Shown: piece after piece, positions 1 to 8,357 of the stretch
Numbering within the stretch: the stretch's first letter is position 1
Layout: each line of letters begins with the position of its first letter
Assembly: GCA_049997875.1 (NCBI GenBank)
Contig: JBEKRC010000002.1
Coordinates: 66,755 to 130,754 of the forward strand
Source of the DNA: Minisyncoccia bacterium
GTDB lineage: Bacteria > Patescibacteriota > Minisyncoccia > UBA6257 > 2-01-FULL-56-20
Reading direction: 5' to 3'
DNA: 64,000 bases
Notes under the pieces: model-generated
The model's database searches: none
The model's input: the letters and a program-made list of their open reading frames with translations, nothing else
Told to the model about the DNA's origin: nothing
Program-made: the position numbers and the translations under genes

Positions 1-258
1 AACCTCCCGCAAAGGAGTGCCATCGGAAGCCTTCTGCCGGATGGTTTCGTCGTAGAGAATTACGCCGCCAAGGCCTTTCTCAATTTCCGGCGCGGTAAAG
101 AGGAGCTCGCGCCATCGCCGGCGCATATCTTCGTTTTGCGGGATGTTGCGCGCGGCGAAGCGCTTGCCCACGGTGCCCGTGCTCTCGTCCGCCGCAAGGA
201 TGCCCTTCCCGGGTGCAAGGAGGTGCGACACGGTCTCTTGAAGCAGGTGAGCGTCCAT
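1..258 (-). CDS. fba: Fructose-bisphosphate aldolase class I, N-terminal 86 aa (gene runs past window start)
   Basis: Minus-strand translation from ATG at 258: MDAHLLQETVSHLLAPGKGILAADESTGTVGKRF...ELLFTAPEIEKGLGGVILYDETIRQ; the GKGILAADES motif and LLFT..ISGVILFDET pattern are class I FBA hallmarks; not in ORF track because it has no stop inside the window. Confidence 0.8.
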   Translation of the reverse strand, partial: MDAHLLQETVSHLLAPGKGILAADESTGTVGKRFAARNIPQNEDMRRRWRELLFTAPEIEKGLGGVILYDETIRQKASDGTPLREV

Positions 259-403
259 GTACTTCCAAGTATAGCGGATGCAGATAGAATTTGCTAAACG
301 CCTGGTGCCGAGGGCGTACGAAGCGCATCAGTTGGCATTCCAGGATAAAATACTATAATAACAAGAGCGGACGGAACAGGTGCGTGACGAAAGGAGGTTC
401 CCG

Positions 404-685
404 GTGATTAGGTTGTTGAAGATTTGGGCGGTAGAAACGGCAGTGGGATATCTTTGGATCAAGGTGGCCGAGATTTTCGTTTTGAGTACCTTGATCATTT
501 GTTGCCGATGGTTCGCACCGTGGTTTTGGGGCGCGTGGCTTTATCCACGCCTCCAGGCATTGATGTGGTGTGCCTGGAGACATCGGGTGATTGTCATCGT
601 TTCCTATCTCCTTTTGGTCGTTTTTTCCAAAGGGGTCGGGTACGTGATGATGCGCTGGTGGAAATCCACCAGAGGCAAGACTTAG
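404..685 (+). CDS. Doubtful small hydrophobic Trp/Cys-rich ORF (GTG start) preceded by TATAAT and AGGAGG
   Basis: TATAAT at 354-359, AGGAGG at 392-397, GTG at 404; protein composition odd (W/C-rich); no recognisable family. Confidence 0.15.
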   Translation: MIRLLKIWAVETAVGYLWIKVAEIFVLSTLIICCRWFAPWFWGAWLYPRLQALMWCAWRHRVIVIVSYLLLVVFSKGVGYVMMRWWKSTRGKT

Positions 686-781
686 GTGCCGCCGGAAACA
701 TCGGGTTACCGGCGGCTTTCTTATTCGGCTATTTGCTTGGTTACCAGAACACAACAAAAGGAGGTCAAAAAAATGCTGGCT

Positions 782-815
782 GCGTGGGACGCTGTGGGAA
801 CCTTCTTGATAAGGA
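782..815. repeat. Copy 1 of 33-bp direct repeat containing tandem TGGGAC / TGTGGGAAC half-sites
   Basis: gcgTGGGACGCTGTGGGAACcTtcTTGATAAGgA; near-identical to 1463-1494. Confidence 0.7.
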
Positions 816-841
816 CCAAAACAGAAGTCCCCACCGGCTAA

Positions 842-1390
842 TCAAAGCAGATGGGGACGGATTACGACGAAAACGACCATGGCCGTCTCAATCGTCGTGA
901 ACACAAGGGGTTGAAGCGCGTTCGCCAAGTTCCATTTCTTAATGGCGAAAAGCGCACAAACGCATGAGAGGAACCAGATTGACCATGCAATCGGGTCTTC
1001 CTGTTTGGGATTGCGATAGCCATCGACGATGGTGGGAACCCCGCCGACGAGCGTCGCGATTTGTGCACAGACAAGGCCGAGGAGCGCATCATTTTTCACT
1101 TGCCAGAGAATAATGCCCAAGGCAGCGATTGCGATTGTGATCCATTCGACGGAACCCATGCTTGGTTTCCCAAAGACGAGCGCGAGAATCGCGACAGCTG
1201 ATGCTCCTACAACAGCTCCCGTGAGCTGCCCGATTGCTGCCTTCTCCTTCCTCATCGCGATGAGCGAAAGTGCATCAATGCTTGCCCAGATCGCCCATGA
1301 GACAGGGGATGGCACCGTTTGGTGGTGGAGGATCGCCCAGATGTAGGGCAGAAACGCGACGAAGAACAGAATACCTGAAAGGGTGTTCAT
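842..1390 (-). CDS. Integral membrane protein (182 aa, multiple TM helices), unknown function
   Basis: Hydrophobic ORF with AGGAGG (plus 1395-1400 as cctcct) 4 nt before ATG at 1390; sigma70-like promoter upstream. Confidence 0.6.
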   Translation of the reverse strand: MNTLSGILFFVAFLPYIWAILHHQTVPSPVSWAIWASIDALSLIAMRKEKAAIGQLTGAVVGASAVAILALVFGKPSMGSVEWITIAIAALGIILWQVKNDALLGLVCAQIATLVGGVPTIVDGYRNPKQEDPIAWSIWFLSCVCALFAIKKWNLANALQPLVFTTIETAMVVFVVIRPHLL

Positions 1391-1426
1391 GCAGCCTCCT
1401 TCATAATGGAAATGAACTACAGAAAC

Positions 1427-1455
1427 ATGATAGCATATTATTCGCTACCTGTCAA
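1427..1455 (-). promoter_or_regulatory. Sigma70-like promoter for the 842-1390 gene: -35 TTGACA, 17-nt spacer, -10 TATCAT
   Basis: Minus strand reads TTGACAggtagcgaataatatgcTATCAT; -35 = plus 1450-1455, -10 = plus 1427-1432. Confidence 0.55.
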
Positions 1456-1462
1456 GCTGAAC

Positions 1463-1494
1463 GTGTGGGACGCTGTGGGAACTTATTTGATAAG
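1463..1494. repeat. Copy 2 of 33-bp direct repeat, immediately upstream of the -35 of the 842-1390 promoter
   Basis: gtgTGGGACGCTGTGGGAACtTatTTGATAAGaA; identical 17-nt core TGGGACGCTGTGGGAAC plus TTGATAAG. Confidence 0.7.
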
Positions 1495-1526
1495 AATGTA
1501 ATTACTGGTTCATCACCTGCCGAGCC

Positions 1527-1793
1527 TTGTTAGATAAAATTTCATCTTCGTGGTGTGGCACCCCTGCTTTTTTCCTCTCAAGGATTTTTCCTACGAGGTA
1601 TTTCTGGTGGGGCCTTATCTTCACGATCATCGGCGCGGCAGGAACTATCATCTTCGGCGTCCTCAGAATCGGAGCTTATGAGGCGCATGGCCCCATAACC
1701 TTGCTTTATACCACCATGCCGGTGAACATCTTTATGATTCTGCTCTTCGCGAGCCTTCCAATAGCTGCGGGGCCTGGATTCGGACCAGGATAA
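1527..1793 (+). CDS. Possible small membrane protein (TTG start), weak
   Basis: 88-aa hydrophobic ORF; non-ATG start, no clear RBS. Confidence 0.2.
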   Translation: MLDKISSSWCGTPAFFLSRIFPTRYFWWGLIFTIIGAAGTIIFGVLRIGAYEAHGPITLLYTTMPVNIFMILLFASLPIAAGPGFGPG

Positions 1794-1838
1794 ACGGCTC
1801 CAAAGGCCGCTGTCCTACCATTAGACGACCCCGCAATA

Positions 1839-1872
1839 GTGCACAAGTGCACCTGTATAATGTATTATAAAA
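1839..1872 (+). promoter_or_regulatory. SOD promoter region: palindrome GTGCACaaGTGCAC, extended -10 TGTATAAT, and AT palindrome TATAAT-GT-ATTATA
   Basis: GTGCACAAGTGCAC at 1839-1852; TGtATAAT at 1854-1861; TATAATGTATTATA 1856-1869, about 55 nt upstream of the ATG at 1919. Confidence 0.45.
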
Positions 1873-1918
1873 TGGAAAGGGTCGCAAGAAAAAAATAAAC
1901 TTATTAAATACCAACCTT

Positions 1919-2527
1919 ATGAAATACGAACTGCCAAAACTGCCGTACGCCTACGACGCGTTGGAACCGTACCTTGACGCGAAGACGATGGAGATTCACC
2001 ACGCGAAGCATCATCAGGCGTACGTGAACAATCTGAATGCGGCATTGGAAAAGCATCCGGAGATCGCGGACCGGTCGCTTGAGGAACTTTTGCGGTCGCT
2101 GGATTCCGTGCCGGAGGACATCCGCACGGCGGTGCACAACCACGGCGGGGGGCACGCGAACCACTCGTTTTTTTGGGTCACCATGGCAGGGCCGGACAAT
2201 GGCGGAGGTGGCGAACCGAGCGGGAAAATAGGGGATGCGATTGCGCAGGCATTCGGCGGATTTCCGAAATTCAAAGAGGAGTTTACGAAAGCGGCTGGGG
2301 GCGTTTTTGGAAGCGGTTGGGCGTGGCTCGTGCGTGACGCAAACGGCAAACTGACCGTCACAACGACGCCGAACCAGGACAGCCCGCTCACAAAAGGGCA
2401 GACGCCGATTCTTTGCTTGGACGTATGGGAGCACGCGTACTATATTTTGTACACCTCAAATCGAGGAGAATATGTAAAAAACTGGTGGAACGTGGTGAAT
2501 TGGGAAGAGGCGGAGAAGAGGTTATAA
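1919..2527 (+). CDS. Superoxide dismutase, Fe/Mn family
   Basis: [40 protein letters not shown] ... [28 protein letters not shown]; canonical Fe/Mn-SOD metal-ligand and C-terminal motifs. Confidence 0.95.
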   Translation: MKYELPKLPYAYDALEPYLDAKTMEIHHAKHHQAYVNNLNAALEKHPEIADRSLEELLRSLDSVPEDIRTAVHNHGGGHANHSFFWVTMAGPDNGGGGEPSGKIGDAIAQAFGGFPKFKEEFTKAAGGVFGSGWAWLVRDANGKLTVTTTPNQDSPLTKGQTPILCLDVWEHAYYILYTSNRGEYVKNWWNVVNWEEAEKRL

Positions 2528-2653
2528 ACAACAGTTTTTCTGCGGATTTTCTGTTTTTGATGGTAAATGATGGTAAAATGATGGGGAATGACTCCCGCGA
2601 GAAACGATGACAAAACGAGGAGCGTGTTTGATGTGCATACGGAGAAAGCCCGC

Positions 2654-5600
2654 ATGTCAAGACACTCGCTCAAAGAAATTATCTATGGCAGGAACGTTCT
2701 CAATTTGCGGCCTGGATTCGGGAAGCGCCACCCGTGGTGGTCGCTTGTAATCCTTCTTGTTCTGATCGGCGGCATTTTCTGGAGTATTCGGAAGCTTTCC
2801 ACTCGCGCAGAGGTGAGCGATTTTTTCCCGCTTACGTGTTTGGGCAGTTGGCAGAACCCGGCGAATGCCCAAGGGAAGCCCGAGAGCCTGGATGCTTCGT
2901 CCACGGCGATTACGGCAGACAATGCGAGCGTATATGACCCAATCTCGCCCTTGTCGCAGATCTTTTGCGGCGCGTTTGTGCCGCCCGATTATAAAACGGA
3001 AGGCGACATGAAAGGCGTCGGCTTGACGCTCGTATGGAATATCCCGGGATTCACGACGGCGACAGCGACAGCAGCAGAGGAGGGAACTGCCACGAGCACT
3101 GCCACTGGCACCGTTCCCACTGCGCCAACCACTACTACGCCAACCACCACCGCACCCGAAGCGACGAGCACTTCGTGGCTCTTTAATGCGCAACTCCTTA
3201 ATGTCGCGTTTGCGGATACAACGGACACAGTGAGCACGGTTCCGGCCTCAAGCGACACAGACATTGCGCCGCCCACTCCTCCGCCCGCGCCCACTCCTCC
3301 TCCGCCGCCATCCGAACCGACGACAACCGAGGCCACCGCCTCTACGACGCCGAGCGGCACCGTGATCATGGCACCGCCGGTCACGGCAACGCTCACTGCG
3401 ACCGGATCCGATGTTACTGCACCGCCCGCGGCGAGCGCCGCCACCTCCTCTGTGCCGGTCTTCGCTCCGCCGCCCCCGCCTGACGACAACTTCCTGAAAG
3501 TAAGTTACAGCTTGGATGGTCAGACGTGGATTGATCTTGCGACAGTGAATCAGGACAACTGGCAGAACTTCACAGCGACCCTTCCCGTGACGAGCTGGGA
3601 CGATCTCAAAAAGCTTCAGGTGAGGATTGAAGGGATTCCGACCGCGCTCACGCAGATCCCCAAAGTATATTTGGACGGGATGTTTGTTGAGGTGCACTAT
3701 GAGATCCCACCGGCATCGCCAATTTCGCTCGGCGGAAGTACTGCCGCAACGCCGTCCGCGGCGACCACCTCGGAAGTCATCGTCCTCCCGCCGACCCAAC
3801 AGCCAGTCCCTGTCAATCAGAATAGCGATTTCAAGGCAAACGAGTCGCCGACATTTGATTTCAACTTGAACGCGCTTCCCGGGCCGACTTCCACTACCGA
3901 GCCAGCACCGGCGCCCGCAGCTCCGGAAGTGGCTCCAACTTCCTCTCCTCCGGCTACGACCACGCCCTCCAGTACGAGCCTTTCTCGTCCACCTTCTCCA
4001 TTGTCTTTTTTTTTCCGGGCTGCGGATTTTTTCCGGACCGTAGGGAAAGCGGCAGCGCACGCCATTGGGCTTGATCGTTGGTTCACTGCCTACGCGCAGT
4101 TATCTCCGAACCAGAGCCAGCTTCCCGACGCGAATAATCCGATCATCGCGCAAATCTTCGGACCCGACGGGAAACTGACAAACCTCCAGCCCGTGATCCT
4201 CGTCACGGGCGGCAACCTCCGCGTGATACTGCCAAACCAGGGCCGCGCATTCATGCCAGGCGGGTATCTTATGAAACTTTTGATTTGGCAGAATGGCGTG
4301 GCGTACCAGACGCAGAGCGATTTCAGCTGGGGCGTGCTCGCGGTGAATTTCAACAAGTCAATTTATAAGAAGGGGGATACCGCGAAGATCGGATTAGGAT
4401 TCCTTAATCCCACGGGGCATACGATCTGCGACGGCAATATTGCGATGGATATCTCCTCGCCGTCGGGAAAGATTTATCATTTTTCGACCGGCAACAAGAC
4501 AATCCTGCGGGGACCGCACTGCGCCATGCAATCATTTACGAATGATCCGGATTATTCAGCCACGCTCATTGCCGCCGAAACCGGAACCTACAACGTGGCT
4601 ATCGCGGCGCAGGATCCCTCAACGGGAGACGCGATGAAGGCGAGCGACAGTTTTGAGGCGCAAACCGATCCGCAGTTTGACGTGGAGCGCGCGGAGGCGA
4701 CCAGGATCTATCCGCCGATGACCTATCGGGCGACGATCAAAATCATTCCGAACGCGGATTACGCGGGGCCGGTGACCGAAACCGTGCCGAGCGGATTCAC
4801 GGTGACAACCGATGTTCCCACGGATATGACGACGAGCGGCGACGATCAGACGATCACCTGGCAGGTTGTTTTTAAGAAGGGCATAGAATCGGATTTCGGA
4901 TATTCTTTCAAGGCGCCGGATGCAAGCCCGGAACTTTATAAATTGGGGCCGCTTACGATCGGCAGCTGGCAGGAGTCGCGGCAGTGGCAGATCGCGGCCG
5001 ACGCGATAGCGAAGACGAAAGTTTTTATCATCAGTACCGCTTCCACGACGTGGAAGGTGCCGAATGATTGGGACAATGCGAGCAATACGATTGAGGCCAT
5101 AGGAGCGGGAGGAGGAGGAACGGCGGGTACCAATTCAAACAGAGGAGGCGCAGGAGGAGGCGGAGGTGCGTATGCAGAAATAATCAACAAAACACTCACT
5201 ATCGGTGCCAGCACCACCATTCAAGTCGGTTTAGGGGCTACGGCGGCAAGCGGAACGGACACCTTTTTCGGAAGCTCAACCTGCGCAACGTCTTTCGTTT
5301 GTGCTAAAGGTGGGCAGGCAACAACTACGAAAACGAGTTATGGTCTTGGCGGGGCGAGTTCTACGAGCGTAGGAAGCACCACCTATCCGGGTGGCAACGG
5401 TGGCCCGGGCAACTCAAGTTATGGAAGCTACGGTGGTGGCGGTGGTGGTGCGGGAGGGAAGAGCGGGGCGGGAAGCGCAGGACTCGGGACTGCCACAAGC
5501 ACGGGCGGAAATGCTGACCTCAACAACGTGACAGGAGGGGCCATCAACACTGCCGGGAATACCGGCACGGAATGGGATTCAACTCACGGTTCGGGAAGTG

Positions 5601-7294
5601 GGTCGGGAGGGCGGAACACTAGCGCCGCGGGAATTGCGGGAGTGGTCTATGGCGGAGGCGGAGGCGGCGGGTATGGAACGACGGGAGGCAGCGCGGGAGG
5701 AAACGGTATAATCGTCATCACCTATCTCCCGCGCTATATCATCCTTGGTACTACTACCCAGCCATCGAACATTACGATAGGGCCGGGCGCGGCGGCGACG
5801 ACGAGCAATGCATTTACCTTTGCGACCGACGACGGCACAAGCACCATAACCAGCGTGAACGTCGGCCTTTCTACGACGACGGGCATTTTTCAAGTTCAGA
5901 TTACGAATAGTTCGGGGACCACGGTATACGGCTCAAGCACGAATCCCGGGTCTACTTCTTTGACCGTCACGACGACCGCCATGGGCGTTTCCACGACCGC
6001 CACCACGTTCCGCACGCTCATTCAGCCCTTGAGTTATCCGAATATGCCGGCACCGCCCGGTGGAACCTACGTGGTCACCTCCACCATTACGGGCTGGACG
6101 GACGTTAATACGCTGGATCAGACCAGTACGCCGATCACATCAAACACCCTTACGATAGACAATCAGCAGCCGGCGAACGTGACGAATGCGTCCGGCACGG
6201 CGACCAGCTCGCAAGTGACGTTTAGTTGGACAAATTCAACAAGCTCCGATTTCGCGACGACGACCGTTCTGCGGGCAACATCTTCCGTTGCCGTCGCGCC
6301 GACCAACGGGACAACCACCTACGTCAGCGAGGCCATCAATGCGACGACCACCGTCGCCTGCGTCGTCGCCTCAAGCACCGCGGGTTGCACGGATACGAGT
6401 CTCTCCACCACCACATATTATTATTACGAAATTTTTGCGGCAAATACCTATGCGAACTATTCTACGGGAGTCGTGCCGGCGGGGAATCCATTCCTACCGA
6501 GCGGGAATCGACCGCCGACCGTTTCAAAAGTCGTTCTCAACGGAAATGCGGCGATTGTTTTAAATCCTGGTGGCACGCAGACGGTTACGGCAGTCGCGTC
6601 GACAACCGACCCGGACGGAGCGGGTGATATCCGGTATGCCACATCAACCATTTATCTGTCGAGTGTTGGATCAAATTGCACGGCCAACAACCTGAACTGC
6701 TACCAGGTCCCGAGTTCGAGTTGCAGCTTCAGCAATTCCACGAGCACCGTGAGCTGTTCGGCAAACATCTATTACTTCGCGGACGCCACGGATGCGTCTT
6801 CAAGCTTCAATGGTCAGACGTGGAATGCCGCTATCACCGTTACTGACAGCGCGAGCAACACAAACACTTCCTCAACCGCAAGCGGGGTAACGCTGCAAAC
6901 GCTGCTCGCGATGAGCGTCGCGCCGACCAGCATCACTTACGGGACCTTGGCGCCGGCAGGGACGAGCGCGACGAACCTCACGACCACGGTTCAGAACGCA
7001 GGCAACTGCTCAACCACGCTCCAGTTGTCCGTGCTCGCGTCCCTTATGGGCGGCCATCCGACGACCACGCTTGTGACGAGTTCCCAGCAGTACGCGACGT
7101 CATCGGGCTTTACCTACGGCACGGGCTATGCCTTGAGCAGCACACCGGTCACGTTGAACGGCTTCACCCTTGCGGCGCCCGTCTCAACGACATCCGTGTC
7201 GGGTAATATTTTTTGGGGGCTGCGAGTTCCGACGGGTACTCCTACCGGTACCTACCTGGGCACAACTACCTTTTCTGCCCTTTATCATCTGTAA
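2654..7294 (+). CDS. Giant cell-surface protein (about 1547 aa): N-terminal signal-anchor, Thr/Pro-rich linkers, Gly-rich block, Thr/Ser-rich beta-rich C-terminal domains
   Basis: Start ATG 2654 (RBS GGAGAAAG); TM WWSLVILLVLIGGIFWSI; PTPPPAPTPPPPPSEP linkers; Gly-rich 5100-5720 (GAGGGGTAGTNSNRGGAGGGGGAYAE...YGGGGGGGYGTTGGSAGGNG); C-terminal 300 aa paralogous to next gene. Confidence 0.8.
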   Translation: MSRHSLKEIIYGRNVLNLRPGFGKRHPWWSLVILLVLIGGIFWSIRKLSTRAEVSDFFPLTCLGSWQNPANAQGKPESLDASSTAITADNASVYDPISPLSQIFCGAFVPPDYKTEGDMKGVGLTLVWNIPGFTTATATAAEEGTATSTATGTVPTAPTTTTPTTTAPEATSTSWLFNAQLLNVAFADTTDTVSTVPASSDTDIAPPTPPPAPTPPPPPSEPTTTEATASTTPSGTVIMAPPVTATLTATGSDVTAPPAASAATSSVPVFAPPPPPDDNFLKVSYSLDGQTWIDLATVNQDNWQNFTATLPVTSWDDLKKLQVRIEGIPTALTQIPKVYLDGMFVEVHYEIPPASPISLGGSTAATPSAATTSEVIVLPPTQQPVPVNQNSDFKANESPTFDFNLNALPGPTSTTEPAPAPAAPEVAPTSSPPATTTPSSTSLSRPPSPLSFFFRAADFFRTVGKAAAHAIGLDRWFTAYAQLSPNQSQLPDANNPIIAQIFGPDGKLTNLQPVILVTGGNLRVILPNQGRAFMPGGYLMKLLIWQNGVAYQTQSDFSWGVLAVNFNKSIYKKGDTAKIGLGFLNPTGHTICDGNIAMDISSPSGKIYHFSTGNKTILRGPHCAMQSFTNDPDYSATLIAAETGTYNVAIAAQDPSTGDAMKASDSFEAQTDPQFDVERAEATRIYPPMTYRATIKIIPNADYAGPVTETVPSGFTVTTDVPTDMTTSGDDQTITWQVVFKKGIESDFGYSFKAPDASPELYKLGPLTIGSWQESRQWQIAADAIAKTKVFIISTASTTWKVPNDWDNASNTIEAIGAGGGGTAGTNSNRGGAGGGGGAYAEIINKTLTIGASTTIQVGLGATAASGTDTFFGSSTCATSFVCAKGGQATTTKTSYGLGGASSTSVGSTTYPGGNGGPGNSSYGSYGGGGGGAGGKSGAGSAGLGTATSTGGNADLNNVTGGAINTAGNTGTEWDSTHGSGSGSGGRNTSAAGIAGVVYGGGGGGGYGTTGGSAGGNGIIVITYLPRYIILGTTTQPSNITIGPGAAATTSNAFTFATDDGTSTITSVNVGLSTTTGIFQVQITNSSGTTVYGSSTNPGSTSLTVTTTAMGVSTTATTFRTLIQPLSYPNMPAPPGGTYVVTSTITGWTDVNTLDQTSTPITSNTLTIDNQQPANVTNASGTATSSQVTFSWTNSTSSDFATTTVLRATSSVAVAPTNGTTTYVSEAINATTTVACVVASSTAGCTDTSLSTTTYYYYEIFAANTYANYSTGVVPAGNPFLPSGNRPPTVSKVVLNGNAAIVLNPGGTQTVTAVASTTDPDGAGDIRYATSTIYLSSVGSNCTANNLNCYQVPSSSCSFSNSTSTVSCSANIYYFADATDASSSFNGQTWNAAITVTDSASNTNTSSTASGVTLQTLLAMSVAPTSITYGTLAPAGTSATNLTTTVQNAGNCSTTLQLSVLASLMGGHPTTTLVTSSQQYATSSGFTYGTGYALSSTPVTLNGFTLAAPVSTTSVSGNIFWGLRVPTGTPTGTYLGTTTFSALYHL
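7064..7162. repeat. 99-bp segment nearly identical (1 mismatch) to 8061-8159, shared by the two tandem paralogs
   Basis: accacgcttgtgacgagttcccagcagtacgcgacgtcatcgggctttacctacggcacgggctatgccttgagcagcac[a/g]ccggtcacgttgaacggc. Confidence 0.85.
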
Positions 7295-7346
7295 TAGTTA
7301 TCCACAGGTAAGAAACATCCATTTTGCTATAATAATACTAAGCTGG

Positions 7347-8291
7347 ATGGATAAAAAGCTTATACAGATTTTGGTCGTTACTGCCCTTGCCACAGCCGCT
7401 TTTTTGTTGGTCGCCCAAACCGTTTTCGGTACTGCGACGACTACCAGTGTTACGAGTAGTGCGACCGTGACGACCACGGCGCCCATTGTTTCCTTCGTTT
7501 CAGGCCCGAATGGAGGTACGGCTATCAGCCTTAACGCCAATACGACAACGCCGATCTCCGTCGCCGTCACGGTCACCGATTATAACGGCTGCACGGATTT
7601 TAATAACAGCACCGAGACCATAGCGTTGTTCCGCGGCGATATCGCATCCTCGTCGTGCCTCACGAGCAGCACGCCGAACCCGCTCTTTTGCTATGTGGCC
7701 AGCGCATTTTCAACATCGACTTGCCCCGGCGGCTTTACCGCAAACGCCACCACAACGTTCTCCATGTACTATTTCGCCTCGCCGACCGACAACGCCTCCT
7801 ATACCTATAATGGAAAGGGTTGGCAAGGGGCTATAACAGTCACAAATCCCGCCAAACTCAGCGTCAGCACCACCTCTGCGACGACTACGCTGAACAGTCT
7901 TGAGGCGATCAGCTCAACGCCAAGCTCCATAGCCTATGGAACGCTCGCGCCGGCACAAGTCAACAGTCCTTCCGTAACCACGACGATTTCAGACGTCGGC
8001 AACACTTCAACGACGTTCCAGTTTTCGGCTACGCAATCTCTCACGGGCGGCGTGCCGACAACCACGCTTGTGACGAGTTCCCAGCAGTACGCGACGTCAT
8101 CGGGCTTTACCTACGGCACGGGCTATGCCTTGAGCAGCACGCCGGTCACGTTGAACGGCGTGTCAATCGCCGCTCCCATAAGTACCACTACGGTTTCCAC
8201 CAATATATTTTGGCTGTTGCAGGTCCCTACCGGAACGCCGACGGGAACATACAACGGCACCAACCTTTTCACGGGCCAATCGGTAAACTAG
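7347..8291 (+). CDS. Secreted Thr/Ser-rich surface protein, paralog of the C-terminal region of the giant protein
   Basis: Start MDKKLIQILVVTALATAAFLLVA (signal peptide) at ATG 7347; C-terminus TTTLVTSSQQYATSSGFTYGTGYALSSTPVTLNG... matches the giant protein C-terminus. Confidence 0.75.
   Translation: MDKKLIQILVVTALATAAFLLVAQTVFGTATTTSVTSSATVTTTAPIVSFVSGPNGGTAISLNANTTTPISVAVTVTDYNGCTDFNNSTETIALFRGDIASSSCLTSSTPNPLFCYVASAFSTSTCPGGFTANATTTFSMYYFASPTDNASYTYNGKGWQGAITVTNPAKLSVSTTSATTTLNSLEAISSTPSSIAYGTLAPAQVNSPSVTTTISDVGNTSTTFQFSATQSLTGGVPTTTLVTSSQQYATSSGFTYGTGYALSSTPVTLNGVSIAAPISTTTVSTNIFWLLQVPTGTPTGTYNGTNLFTGQSVN
8061..8159. repeat. Second copy of the 99-bp inter-paralog identical segment
   Basis: See 7064-7162. 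Confidence 0.85.
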
Positions 8292-8357
8292 GGACTTAGC
8301 GGTTTTTTTCTCTCGCTCGGCCATTCCTCCGAACGTCTTTCGTTTTGCGCGCAGGGG

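Noticed and set aside
353-900. ORFs 353-757 (-) and 424-900 (+) in the six-frame track
   Set aside because: Compositionally implausible (Pro/Arg/His-rich, no RBS, mutually overlapping); region treated as non-coding or regulatory
3248-4060. 270-aa Arg-rich ORF on minus strand (and other 2657-4356 minus ORFs)
   Set aside because: Antisense to the giant surface-protein gene; Arg/Gly-rich translation typical of GC-rich antisense frames
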